A stretch of 63,678 nt of DNA, the filler included, from Octopus bimaculoides (lineage: Eukaryota): NCBI RefSeq assembly GCF_001194135.2. It is 8 parts of 8 records of this genome, joined end to end, with 100 filler letters (N's around TTAATTAATTAA, not from the genome) between each part and the next. Parts side by side here need not be neighbours in the genome. Positions count along the whole stretch, not along the records: positions 1 to 12,665 come from NC_068987.1; 7 more parts are not named here. One strand, given 5' to 3'. This document shows positions 1-12,765 of the stretch, in pieces. The translations under genes and the position numbers were made by a program. The notes beneath the pieces are model-generated. The model was not told where the DNA came from. It ran no database searches and worked only from the letters and a program-made list of their open reading frames with translations. Positions within the stretch are counted from its first letter, which is position 1; every line of letters begins with the position of its first letter.

Positions 1-37
1 ATTGGAAATGTAAAAATAAAAACAAAACACAAAGGAT

Positions 38-120
38 TCTGCGGTACACGTGTTTCAAGCTTTATAGTTGTTGCATTATTATTGGTATATAATTGATATA
101 AAGCTATCTTCAGCCGCAAA
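38..120 (-). ncRNA. Minimal type-I hammerhead ribozyme motif (PLE/retrozyme type)
   Basis: Minus strand: TTTGCGG-CTGAAGA-T-AGCTTTATA-(30 nt)-TATAAAGCT-T-GAAA-CACGTG-TA^CCGCAGA. Intact core, 7-bp stem I, 9-bp stem II, palindromic stem III ACACGTGT, GUA cleavage triplet. Confidence 0.72.
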
Positions 121-1348
121 TGTATTCTTTCCCAAGAATTATATCACAAAGAAGTTAAAGAAGGGAGAAACATGAGAGATAAAAGGTGAGATTCCACTTG
201 CAAATAAATGAGGAGTGGCGGAATTAAGAAGTATGAAAATCATTATCATGAACACAACTTAGTACAGGACACTACTAACCTTACTAATACCAATATTCCC
301 ACAAACCCTCATACTTTTTATATACCATTCATGCACTGTTAATCATATTAACCTAATTACATTACTTTCTCTATTGCTTACCTCCCTTGCATGCAGTCTT
401 TTCATTCAGGTATTATTTGATTCAACACCGTTTGGAAATCGGTGTTGATTCAAAGACAGTGAACAGCGATGAGGAAACGGGTATGACTTTCTATATTGAG
501 TCATGATAAGGGTTATTATATTTCTTAATTCCAGCTTAAATCATTTATTTGTATGTATATATCTCTGTTTTTAATTAAAAAGCCATTTCCTTTATACCAG
601 TGTCCATTTTTTGCTTTTTTTAAACTTTTCTCTCTATCATGTATATATATATATAACATACATATAAAAAGGATGTAATATAATTTTTTTGAATCTTCAG
701 ACTTTTCAATTTGCTAGGCCACCAGTTTGAAATTGATATTAATCAAATTAATATTCAATTGTTCATCCTTATTATTTAAATTTATATATATATATATATC
801 TGTGTGTGTGTGTGTTTATATACATATATATGCATATGTAAATACATATATCTTTGCACACACACACATATATAGATATATTTGTATATCCATACATATA
901 TATATACACATATATATATAGACATAGACTCATACACAGCTACACATACGCGCGCGCACCCACGCATATATAAATATTTGAGAAACACATATGATTCTTT
1001 GAAATAAAGTTTCGCGTGCGTAAGTTTGGCCAAACTCATTAAACTTCGGAAAACTCAGAAACACGATTGCCCTTTTAGGCTATGTTGCATAAATCATTCG
1101 ATGTTGTGGGTTTGGCAATAAACGAACCAGAAAAGATACATAATACGTGATAAAACATATGGCATAATAAATCATGCTATGAGCGAATATATATTTATCA
1201 TTGGTCTGAAATAACTTAACTTCAGAGTATAAAATCTATAGAGAGAACACAGAATCCTGTCAACCAAAATATCCAAATTTCAAGCTATTTGTACTATTTC
1301 ATTCACCTTTGAAGAATATATTATTTATATACACATGTAGTTGCGTCG

Positions 1349-1402
<54 letters not shown>

Positions 1403-3559
1403 NNNNNNNNNNACATATATATATACATACATGAATAGGTATATTTGCATATATGCGTGTGTCTATGTGCGTTTCTATGAATATGTGAATATATATATTT
1501 ACATAAACGCAGTAATATATACATAGAACTACATACGTAGACGTATATATGCATGGGTATAATTGCACACACAGACGCAGAGAGACAGACAGACAGACAA
1601 ACACACAAACACACATGTTTCTCTCTCTCTCTCACACACACACGCACTCAAACACAAACACCCATACGTACACATATGGTAATTGTTTACGTAACATGCT
1701 TCAGCCGTGCATGACTTGTGTTTTGACAGTCAAACAGTTTTAAAGAATTTGAAACTCTCGATGAAACTGCATTTACTCACATTGCCTCTTACTTGTCTGT
1801 GTATAGATACACGTAAATGTAATTTATATATGTGTACTTATATCGCATAGTCATTTGCCGTATCAGTTAGCATGCTGGAAATTCGATCATTTCTTTATTT
1901 TTTACTAATTGTACAACAGGTAGTGTGCGTTGTCTTTTGGAATAGCATCTTACTTCTCTTTATCTAGTTAGCTCTTCTAAAATGAGGACCAAACTAAAGC
2001 AAATACAGACCAATCTGCCGTAGGTAACACTTTCGACGCTGAAGAGGTGACAGCCCAAAATATTCCCATGCACACTATTGACATATGCGTTAGGACTGAT
2101 AGCGAATGCTCAACACATGCAATTAGCTATTAACTCATTTTCAATTTCAACAAGTTAAATGAAAATGCATTGGATTATTTCCTTGAGCTAAGTTTGTCAA
2201 CGGCCACATGCCACTATAACTAATTTTGTTAAATCGAGAATACTTTCTCTGAACGGAGAATGTATAATAGTCATTATTGAAGGAATTTGCTTGTTTAATA
2301 TTTATTGAAAATGTTTATTTCTCTATTCTTATTTTTTAATATCTACGCAATATCTCTGTTTATCTACACTCTCTCTAAAAATTCTGTCATGCACACATAT
2401 AATATCAAACACGCATCTACGTACATGAGAGTATGTATTACATAAATACATAAAAAAAACACATGCACGCACACGCACATACACACCCAAACATACACAC
2501 ACACANNNNNNNNNNNNNNNNNNNNNNNNNNNNNNNNNNNNNNNNNNNNNNNNNNNNNNNNNNNNNNNNNNNNNNNNNNNNNNNNNNNNNNNNNNNNNNN
2601 NNNNNNNNNNNNNNNNNNNNNNNNNNNNNNNNNNNNNNNNNNNNNNNNNNNNNNNNNNNNNNNNNNNNNNNNNNNNNNNNNNNNNNNNNNNNNNNNNNNN
2701 NNNNNNNNNNNNNNNNNNNNNNNNNNNNNNNNNNNNNNNNNNNNNNNNNNNNNNNNNNNNNNNNNNNNNNNNNNNNNNNNNNNNNNNNNNNNNNNNNNNN
2801 NNNNNNNNNNNNNNNNNNNNNNCTTTTTCGATATTTCACGGTACTTTTAAAAAGTTACTCAGTGTTAAGCAAAAACTTCTAAATATGGTGTTAAGAGCAT
2901 AGTACGTATCTCCCTTATGCAAATTAAGAAAAACATCAGTGAAGAGCTGAAACCAAGTAAAAGCCATGCCTTTTTACCCCAATGAAAACATTCACGTATC
3001 CACTCGTACACAATCGTATCTACTTCCATAAGTGTAAAATGGAGGAAAGAAGTGAAAAAGAATGAAACAATTTCACCTCTAACATCAACAATTCCAACAT
3101 CAAAATCAAGGCCAACAGTGTTAGCCCCATCGACCTCACCAATAAAAATCACAATAATTCCTCAATAATAACATCAATAGCAAAAATAGAAGTTGCTGCA
3201 TCAGCAGCCCCTGGCATAAACCAAGATGAAGAAAACAAGGGGACAGTTAGTTATAAAATTCCAAATCTGGCTTTCACAGCCTTATAAGAACAATTCATTC
3301 TTAATTCCAGTACAGCAAACAGTATGTTTACTGATATGCCCGAGGCAAAAAATGCAGGAAATCATATGTCCTACGCCGGTCAAAGCCCAATGAGTTTTCA
3401 CACATACCGACTCATACGCAAAATATCTCATAGCGACTCGTACCAGTGTTTGCTCGAACGTGTTAAATGTGACTTTAACGAACACACATACACACACACA
3501 CATACACACACACACACATTCATCATATTTAAACCATACAAAGATTCAATATAATAAAA

Positions 3560-3790
3560 GGGAGGAAGTCCTGTATGATTAAGTAGCTCGCCCACAAACC
3601 ACGATGTAATCAAAGGAACAGGCAAAGGCCGATACAGCTTGGCATCTGTGACGTCGCAACTCATTTCTACAGCTGAGTGATCTTGATCAGCGTGAAATAA
3701 AGTGCCTTGCTCAAGAACACAACACGCAGCCCGATCCGGAATTCGAACTCACAACCTCACGATCGTAAGCTCGACGCTCTAAACACTGAG
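3560..3790 (-). mobile_element. tRNA-derived SINE
   Basis: Minus strand: CTCAGTGTTTAGAGCG (A box) and GAGTTCGAATTCC (B box), then TGTTCTTGAGCAAGGCACTTTATTTCACG body; related to 46623-46910. Confidence 0.8.
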
Positions 3791-3893
3791 AAAATGTCAC
3801 ACATATAGATCTGAATATTTACAGAGATGAGCATTACGTTTCCTATATTTGAATTATATTAACAGTAGAAAATGTAATGTCTTCCGTTTTCTT

Positions 3894-4464
3894 TCAAACA
3901 TTCAATTTTGGAGAGAATCTTTTAATGAAATCCCATTCCTTTTCGGTATTGCGGACCGTCCCGTGCACATTTATAAAAGGAAAAAAAGTTGAATTTTCCT
4001 TCGCTGCATATTTCCAGATACTTACTTAAAGAAGTCTTGCGTAATCCCTCTTGTCGGATATCGTGTCTTTGGAATCTTGCACGTTTCACCAATGTTATTT
4101 TCTTTGTAGTTTGGGTAGGTAATGCAGTATATGAGGTTTTGCGATTTGCAGTTCGTATCTGCATTTATTTTCAAAGGGAATCCGCTCTTGAATTTTATGT
4201 GGGAACCATTTTCTAAGAATTTACAGCTGCTGTTACTGTTGTTGTTGCATGTTCCACATCTATCTCCACATTCTTTTATTAAGAATTCTGATTCATTCTC
4301 TGATTTGAAATCTGCCCTTGTGCGGTCTTTTAAAAAAAAATTTCATTGGCGTCTACTATTCCGTAAGGTGGTTTTTCTTTTCAATCAGATTTTTCATTTT
4401 GGAGCTTCGTAGGAGTATAGGTAAATTCGACTTTATGTTTCAGGACTATGTGTGTTAACGAAAG
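3894..4464 (-). mobile_element. Penelope-like element 3' fragment, GIY-YIG endonuclease (frameshifted)
   Basis: Frames read LIKECGDRCGTC..CKFLENGSHIKFKSGFPLKINADTNCKSQNLIYCITYPNYKENNIGET / ..SKYLEICSEGKFNFFSFYK.. / KEWDFIKRFSPKLNV*. This is a CxxRCxTC zinc-knuckle linker plus degenerate GIY-YIG (LIY..NIG), as in Neptune-type PLEs; cut by an N gap. Confidence 0.82.
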
Positions 4465-6134
4465 NNNNNNNNNNNNNNNNNNNNNNNNNNNNNNNNNNNN
4501 NNNNNNNNNNNNNNNNNNNNNNNNNNNNNNNNNNNNNNNNNNNNNNNNNNNNNNNNNNNNNNNNNNNNNNNNNNNNNNNNNNNNNNNNNNNNNNNNNNNN
4601 NNNNNNNNNNNNNNNNNNNNNNNNNNNNNNNNNNNNNNNNNNNNNNNNNNNNNNNNNNNNNNNNNNNNNNNNNNNNNNNNNNNNNNNNNNNNNNNNNNNN
4701 NNNNNNNNNNNNNNNNNNNNNNNNNNNNNNNNNNNNNNNNNNNNNNNNNNNNNNNNNNNNNNNNNNNNNNNNNNNNNNNNNNNNNNNNNNNNNNNNNNNN
4801 NNNNNNNNNNNNNNNNNNNNNNNNNNNNNNNNNNNNNNNNNNNNNNNNNNNNNNNNNNNNNNNNNNNNNNNNNNNNNNNNNNNNNNNNNNNNNNNNNNNN
4901 NNNNNNNNNNNNNNNNNNNNNNNNNNNNNNNNNNNNNNNNNNNNNNNNNNNNNNNNNNNNNNNNNNNNNNNNNNNNNNNNNNNNNNNNATATATATATAT
5001 TTTATTATATGTATTTTTTTTCTGGTAATAAATAAATAACTCGGACAAAATAAATTGGTTAATAGATACCAGAGTAGCAAAGATCAACGGCTTTTTCAAA
5101 TAAATTACGTAATAACCTTCTCCAACTATAGTTCTCATGTTCGGTTAAAATATCTTACGTTTAAGCTGGTTCCCATGCATTTCCCTGAAGAGAAGATTAC
5201 ATTTTTAACATCGCCGATTCCTATGGAAGGTATAATTTGTAATCTTCGAAACATATGTTGGAAATAAAAGTATGCAGTTAACACATGCGTTTTACTCCAT
5301 TGATTAGATATATATATATATATATATAAATAGCAAAAATTTATATTCAGATGAATATGTTACTTAAGTTGAGGCACCTGAATTTAGTACGGTATTATCC
5401 ATACAATTTCAAAGTAAGGTGATTAAAATCAAAATAAGCAACAAGGATATCCAGAGGTAATGCAGTAGGATCGTTTNNNNNNNNNNTCAAAGTAAGGTGA
5501 TTAAAATCAAAATAAGCAACAAGGATATCCAGAGGTAATGCAGTAGGATCGTTTCATGCAACTCCATTTAATTGAACAATGCAATCATTACATGAATTTA
5601 AAATGCAAAGCCCTCCTCAGCTGCACAAAGACATAGAATTTAATTAAATTAGAACAGATGGACACATTAGTATAATTATACCTAATATCTCCAAGAAGTT
5701 AAGGCGATAGACAAAGAACATGCTGTCTTCACTTCCGCATAGAAGCTACTAAAGTATCAAGAAGATATACATTGTTACAGACTCTGTATGTTACTGATTT
5801 TTTTGTTTTTATGGGGTCAGTTTTAATTTATAGACTAGTTTATCAAATCCTTGTATATCTAAGGCTGAAAGAACAAATGGGCAGTATCTGTTAGGGTCAG
5901 GTTGAGGGTACAAACAGAAATCATAGCTAGTATAGTCATAAAACTCAAGATTTATTAGAAGCAATATCATGATGTTTGGTAAAAGAAAACTTAAAACAAG
6001 ATTTTAGCTGACAATTAAGGGGATCGCCCATTGATAAGGAAACAGGGGGAAGTCTTATCATGTAGTACTATAGTTGAATATTTTAACCAATGTTGCTATA
6101 TTGTATACAGTTAAAGTTTAGGGTTATTCAGAGG

Positions 6135-6185
<51 letters not shown>

Positions 6186-6221
6186 CACTACGCCATATGT
6201 TCTCGGGCATATGGCGTAATG

Positions 6222-6277
<56 letters not shown>
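6135..6277. repeat. (ATT)n - 19-bp inverted repeat - (AAT)n hairpin
   Basis: TTAACCACTACGCCATATG-TTCTCGGG-CATATGGCGTAATGGTTAA (one mismatch), extended by complementary triplet runs. Confidence 0.92.
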
Positions 6278-6280
<3 letters not shown>

Positions 6281-6332
6281 CAACATCGAAAAACACCTTA
6301 GGAATGAGAACCCAGGTTCGAAATTTCCCTAA

Positions 6333-6378
6333 GACACCTAATGAAGTATGGAGGGTGTATCAGCCGAGACGTTGTGTG
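6333..6378 (+). ncRNA. Decayed hammerhead-like motif in a repeat
   Basis: GACAC-CTAATGA-A-GTATG...CAGCC-GAGA-CG-TT^GTGTG. Correct spacing and stem I, but both core segments are mutated (CTGATGA to CTAATGA, GAAA to GAGA). Confidence 0.4.
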
Positions 6379-6624
6379 AATAACAAACAAGATGAGGAGA
6401 AATGTCCGTGAAATGTAAATAATATACATAATTCCTCATCTCTTAAATATAGAACTGAAATAAATGTTTTTCATCTTCAGGCGACTGTATACAGAACTTA
6501 TAGGGGTAGTAAGGCTTGAAGATTAGTTAAATTGGAACTATGTGCCTTACAGCTTATGTAACAAGCATCGCTTTTACTATGAAACGTTCACAGACTGCTC
6601 AGTTCCTAACTTCCTTGAATTTAC

Positions 6625-6669
<45 letters not shown>

Positions 6670-7616
6670 NNNNNNNNNNNNNNNNNNNNNNNNNNNNNNN
6701 NNNNNNNNNNNNNNNNNNNNNNNNNNNNNNNNNNNNNNNNNNNNNNNNNNNNNNNNNNNNNNNNNNNNNNNNNNNNNNNNNNNNNNNNNNNNNNNNNNNN
6801 NNNNNNNNNNNNNNNNNNNNNNNNNNNNNNNNNNNNNNNNNNNNNNNNNNNNNNNNNNNNNNNNNNNNNNNNNNNNNNNNNNNNNNNNNNNNNNNNNNNN
6901 NNNNNNNNNNNNNNNNNNNNNNNNNNNNNNNNNNNNNNNNNNNNNNNNNNNNNNNNNNNNNNNNNNNNNNNNNNNNNNNNNNNNNNNNNNNNNNNNNNNN
7001 NNNNNNNNNNNNNNNNNNNNNNNNNNNNNNNNNNNNNNNNNNNNNNNNNNNNNNNNNNNNNNNNNNNNNNNNNNNNNNNNNNNNNNNNNNNNNNNNNNNN
7101 NNNNNNNNNNNNNNNNNNNNNNNNNNNNTGTGTGTGTGTGTGTGTGTGTGTGTATGTATTTTTTATATCTACACATGTATATTATCAAAATGTGTTAATA
7201 CATTTTATGAATTTTCTGTCTGAAGCATATAATGTTTTATCGGGTATATATCAAACGAAAGTGAGTTGAATAGATTCAGACGCAAGATAGTATGTTAAAT
7301 GTTCCAAAGATGTTATAGTGTGTTGGTACATGTGTATAAAATTGCTTGAAGAATAGAAAGTGAATGAAGGGGAGATATAGTTGAAAGAGGCCAGATTTCT
7401 GGAGTTAAAACATTATATATTCATACATTACTAGTTATATGGATAATATTGACATTTATATGATTCAGTATGTTAATTGCATATTGCTCCTTAACTAACA
7501 CTGACGTATTTAAACGTTCTCATATCTCCGTTAGGTTATAGTGACATCACTGTAAAATCAACTACTTACAATTGGTTGATAGCGTACGTTGATCATTCAT
7601 ACGATTTGAATTAGGG

Positions 7617-7618
7617 TA

Positions 7619-7651
<33 letters not shown>

Positions 7652-7653
7652 GT

Positions 7654-7693
<40 letters not shown>

Positions 7694-7746
7694 GTAGTAG
7701 TAGTAGTAGTAGTAGTTTTAGTAGTAGTAGTAGTAGTAGTAGCAGC

Positions 7747-7781
<35 letters not shown>

Positions 7782-7795
7782 CAGCAGCAGCATCA
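7617..7795. repeat. Compound trinucleotide microsatellite (AAT)n/(ATT)n/(AGT)n/(AGC)n
   Basis: Read directly; source of the poly-T/L/I ORFs in the track. Confidence 0.95.
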
Positions 7796-8417
7796 TAAAT
7801 CATTAAATTAAAAGCTTTACAACAGTTTGGATTTTGGTATAAATGTAATGTGATTTGACTAGAGTTCTGTCGCTGTAAAATCTGAACTAATCTACTTAAT
7901 GACTTGCTATCGATGCTACCGTATTCTAAGGAAAACGAAGTAATCTCAGTATTTGCGTATGCATAATTCTCGCAGTTTTACTTGGTACATCTCAATACAA
8001 AAATTTGTATATTTACGGATGCCCTGTGAACCTATTCGTTTACGCATCTTTCATGTATTGGAATGCGGCTGTGCGAATTTGTCTCGGTTAATCGATGTCC
8101 TTTTTGATATCGAGTAACTGAGACAGATTCGTACATTCTTTGGATACCGTTATTTCTAGACTGCATAAAAACATGCTACACCATTCTATATATTTTTAAA
8201 TCGCAGACAGACAGAATTATTTCATCCTTCTTCTGTCTAACCGCTTGAAATTATTTACGACAGTTCGATTTTTGCAAACGTGAACTTTGCACAAAGCCTT
8301 CCGTGGATGACAAGGGAAGATACTAATTAATTATTAGACTTTAAGGTGATGCATTATAACACTCCTCTAGTTCGAGTCATGTGGCCGATGCCTTACGTTA
8401 TTATTTATGAAACATAG

Positions 8418-8495
<78 letters not shown>

Positions 8496-9489
8496 AGAAC
8501 AACTTATATGTGTTACATATACAACGACATCCACGTTTACATAAAACACAGGATAACTATATTAATAGATAAAATATTTAGGCACATAGATACATTACTA
8601 AGCAAATAATCAAATCCATATTTCAAATCGCATCGAGACAAAACATGTTGAATATATTTACGAGAGTACAAGCTGGAAGGAAGATAGAGTCGCATGAGTT
8701 TATATTTGGTTCCATTGCCAAGTATATAGTATCTACCCATATTTATGTATGTATATGTGCAAAAATGATTGTACAAACTAGGTATTTCCTCCATACTGTC
8801 TATGCACTGTGTGTTCAACGAGTTTAGGACTGCAAAGTAAAACTTTAGGTATTGAACGACAAGGATTCATCAACATGCCGTTCGTGTATGTGACAGTGAA
8901 AATTTATTAATAAAATTTGAGATATCAAGCACGCAGTGGGCACATTCAAGTGCAGAATATAGCAGGCTTAAATATAATGATTTGTAATCAAAAATATTTT
9001 ATTGTTATTGCACACCGTGTATGCGTACGCATAGTAATCACCTAAAATAACATACAGTAACAATTTTAAACATAGTTAGTGTTGAGTTTGCTATTCTCTC
9101 GAATTAGTATAAAAGTGACATTCTAAGTTGAAAGCTACAATAAGTTTTCTATCTCATCGGTTTTTTTTTTCTTGTACGGCTTAGTATTTGAATAAGCACA
9201 ATTATATTGTTCGCTTTAAGTAATAAGACTGGTCTGCTGCTTTTGCTATTTAATTGATAACCTTGGGACATATTTTCGATAAAACATATTTTAGTTGCCT
9301 TCAGATTTACAATGAGTGCGTCCTACTTAATTTGATACTGCTTGCTGCAGAAATGCCCTAAGAATTTTTATGTAACTTCAAGATTTTGTTAAACAGGAAT
9401 TTATTTTTCACCAAAAATGTCAATTGTCACCATACATGCAGTACTGAAGTAGCAAACTAACACAAACCAAATATTACTTTTCATTGATT

Positions 9490-10020
9490 AAGAAAAACAT
9501 TACACATTGCTCCACACATATTGCACTGTGATTTTCAGAAGTGTTGTCTCCATGACTGTGCGGAAAATGCACTTTTAGGTTCATGCTGCATCCTTGGTTA
9601 ACAGGTACTGCACAAGATTTTCATAAGTTGATGACCACATGTTTCCCAGAAATTCAGACACAACTACTGCAAAAGCATTCCAAGCTTTTCAACGCCACAC
9701 ATTGTGTCCAAAAATCTGCTCGTCCTACACTAACAATTTAATATGTGGCTCGTGAAACACACCAGCTTTAATGTTCTCACGAGACAAAGCTGGAAAGTTT
9801 CTGCTTATATATTTCAACTATTCCCTGTGTCAGAGTTTCAACTAATGCTTTATATATGGTTACCCACGTTTGTTACTTGATCACCCAGTTTCATGCCAAA
9901 ATATAGTAAGCGTTCTTCACAAATTTGTGATGTTGCTTCGCTGCCAAAGTAAAGTGTAACATCTACAAATATAGCGGAAGTTATCGAGTTTTAGTATTGT
10001 CTTCTCTCAATACTGACCAT
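9490..10020 (-). mobile_element. Internally deleted Chapaev(3)-like DNA transposase remnant
   Basis: N-terminal MVSIERRQ..LDNFRYIC..NFVKNAY.FGMKLGDQ is joined near 9860 to C-terminal LKYISRNFPALSRENIKAGVFHEPHIKLL..AWNAFAVVVSEFLGN..YENLVQ..GCSMNLKVHFPHSH..ENHSAICVEQ; many stops and frameshifts. Family label is from recalled motifs. Confidence 0.72.
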
Positions 10021-12224
10021 ATTCTGAAATGAAAACATAGTCACGCCAGTTGCCAGTTGGTTAAATTATTCCCAGAATTGTCAACTGTTACCAACTAAGC
10101 AAATTCGGATGAGTTATGGCTAAGTTCCATAAGGAGCAAACGTACTATGAAGTCCTTTCTACAGTCCTTCAACCATTCTTGACAAAGTTGACTTTGACAC
10201 GTGACCTCACTATAAGACCATCATGGGCCCATTCAAAATAACAACTTTTGTAAGAAATAGTTAATTTCGTACAGAACATTACTCATCTGGTTGGCACAGA
10301 CAGTGAAGCTAAATCACCTGCAGCGTGGGCATATTTTCAGACAAATTTCACAAAGAGAACAAAGGTGAAGACATAATTTGTGTATGAAAGAAACGCTTTC
10401 ACAGATAATGTCTATGTAGGCGGGAATAAATACCACCTATTTGAATAAAGGAACAAAAGAACGTTGAAGCCGCAATCATTTAAAAATATATTTATTCTGG
10501 ATATATTCCAACTGCACAGAATGTTTTAATGCTAAGACCCATAGCTGACAAACTCGCCAGGTAATACTATGCACAAGTCTTTCCACACTTCTTTTGCAAT
10601 AATCTCTTATATTCCACGGTACATTGCAGAAGCATTGAACAAACGTCAACTAAGAGAATATCAGGTTACAAATTTAATCCATTATTTTAATTGTCACCCT
10701 CCACTAAATGGGTCAGTTATACGCGAGTGGATACATTAAACACAGAACATGACAGATAAATTCGTACTATGTAGAATTTCCTTTATAGTGCTGCCAACCG
10801 CTGAAGAGAAATGTAATATCTGAGTAATTCGGTGACGCCAAAAAATTAGCAGTTTTATATTGATAACTGGATGACACATTCCTCTTAAACTTGATAATGA
10901 GGATAAATATCAAAGGATATTTAACCTGAAATTTAAGTCGAAACTACCCTGCTGTATTATTTGAAGTCATAGTTGACATTAACAGACAAAATATGAAGTA
11001 GGAGGTAGTATGGCGCGAGCTCTCACGCACTTTTACTTGCAAAGAGTTTTGCCGGAGTCAACGAGGGGTTCACATATATATCTTAAAGCAGCCAAATACA
11101 CCTAATTAAATACACTTTGTATCGAAATATACGTTTTCACAGTTAGATTATGTATGTTTCTTTAATACTGTTTTTAGATATATTTGGAGTTAGTCTGCGT
11201 TATTCTGTAGTAGAGCAAGAAACCGATTTACGCAATGTTTCATGTCATTAGAGAAAGTAAAATATTCACCGTTGTTTCCTGGTGCTGCTGCAACTTATTT
11301 GCTGTAAAAGAAGTTCACATAAAACAAGGAATTGTACCGAGAATTAAAATTGACAATTTGATAAGGGGTTTTCACCACATATTTAGATAATGGAAGATGT
11401 GAATTAGATTGTATCCATCGAGTTCTACATTATAAATGGCCACTGTATGGTTACATGCGAGGATTAGCAGAAATAATGTGTATATATTTAGTACAACATA
11501 TTAATTTAAATGAATGTGTCCTATTAATACTTTAATCTATTTTGTTTAAATCTGATTATTATTCAAGCCAAATCTGATATAGAAGATCTAAATAGATATA
11601 TAATTATCTGGGATAACTAATATTAGTGCTAATATTAGTGCTACATGTACAATATTTATGAATGGATTCTTTGGTGGTATGTTAAGAGTAGTACTTTAAC
11701 AACGGGTGTTATGAATGGATATAACGATATACCAAATCTGTGATTGTCAATTTCTGGAAATAATAAAGTCCATGAATTATTGTAATTTACTGAAGAAAAT
11801 GGATTCTGATCCGGATAATTGATTACAAAACTTTAACAAGAAATGATAAACTACTTGGTGAATAAAAGCACTTGTGTACCAATTATACCAAAAAAAAACA
11901 AAAAAAAAACGATTTTCAATCCTCGGCTGTAAGTAATCCACGGGTAGAGAAAAGCGATGAACTGAAACAACTTAAAATATAATACTGAAGAAACAATCGA
12001 GGCAAAGGAAAAATATTTTTTCTGCATTTCCGCCAATTTAAAGTTTTCTTGAAGTACATAGAAGACCTAATGTATTCAAAGGCACTTTTTATATATTTAT
12101 CTAACTGCCTGTCAGTCTGTCTCTCCTAAACTATCTCTCTTCCTTTGTGCAGGTTTACTGCGTAAATGCACAACCCACTATGGTTAAAAAGCACATATAC
12201 ATACTAACACGCACTCTTACAAAC

Positions 12225-12261
<37 letters not shown>

Positions 12262-12665
12262 CTAGAAATGCATCCCGGCGTTCCCCGGCCGTTTTGATCT
12301 ACAGCCATATTGTATTATTTGTTCCTTTCTTATGGGCACAATAAACACAGCTGATGCATAGTGAACTGGATTACTGGCGTACTGGAAGTTATTGTTCATT
12401 TAAAAGTGAAGTGGGGAAGGTACAATTTGCATGGGTTTGCATGAAAGTGCTTTCCGTTCTTAAGAAGGATCACAAATTATGTATTGTCTCATCGTATAAA
12501 AGGGGATTAATACGATTTCGTCAAGAAATCACGTTTTCAAAATTTTAATTTCCTCCTGTCCCCACCACATTTTCTTAATTTGTAACTTTTTTACGATTTT
12601 TTCTTATATCCACTAGAAAAATACAGAGATTACGTATCTGAGAAATATGCATTTTTTAAAAGTAA

Positions 12666-12765
12666 NNNNNNNNNNNNNNNNNNNNNNNNNNNNNNNNNNN
12701 NNNNNNNNNTTAATTAATTAANNNNNNNNNNNNNNNNNNNNNNNNNNNNNNNNNNNNNNNNNNNN
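12666..12765. other. Synthetic 100-bp contig-join spacer (also 27726-27825, 46462-46561, 55814-55913, 58300-58399, 60150-60249, 62224-62323)
   Basis: Exactly 44 N + TTAATTAATTAA + 44 N at all seven sites; the 12-mer is palindromic and gives a stop in all six frames. Confidence 0.97.

Noticed and set aside
420-448. 9-bp hairpin TCAACACCG/CGGTGTTGA
   Set aside because: The hairpin is real, but the flanking core motifs are too degenerate to assign a function.
2035-2070. CTGAAGAGGTGACAGCCCAAAA
   Set aside because: Lacks GAAA and any stem III/I partner.
3815-3890. CGGAAGA..GAAACGTA just downstream of the PLE ORF (minus strand)
   Set aside because: The position fits a pLTR ribozyme, but it has U4G and no stem I or clear stem II.
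5409-5554. 68-bp exact tandem duplication around a 10-N gap
   Set aside because: Identical sequence on both sides of a placeholder gap is the signature of an unmerged contig overlap.
8537-8818. 93-aa minus-strand ORF
   Set aside because: No recognisable domain or convincing splice signals; could be chance.
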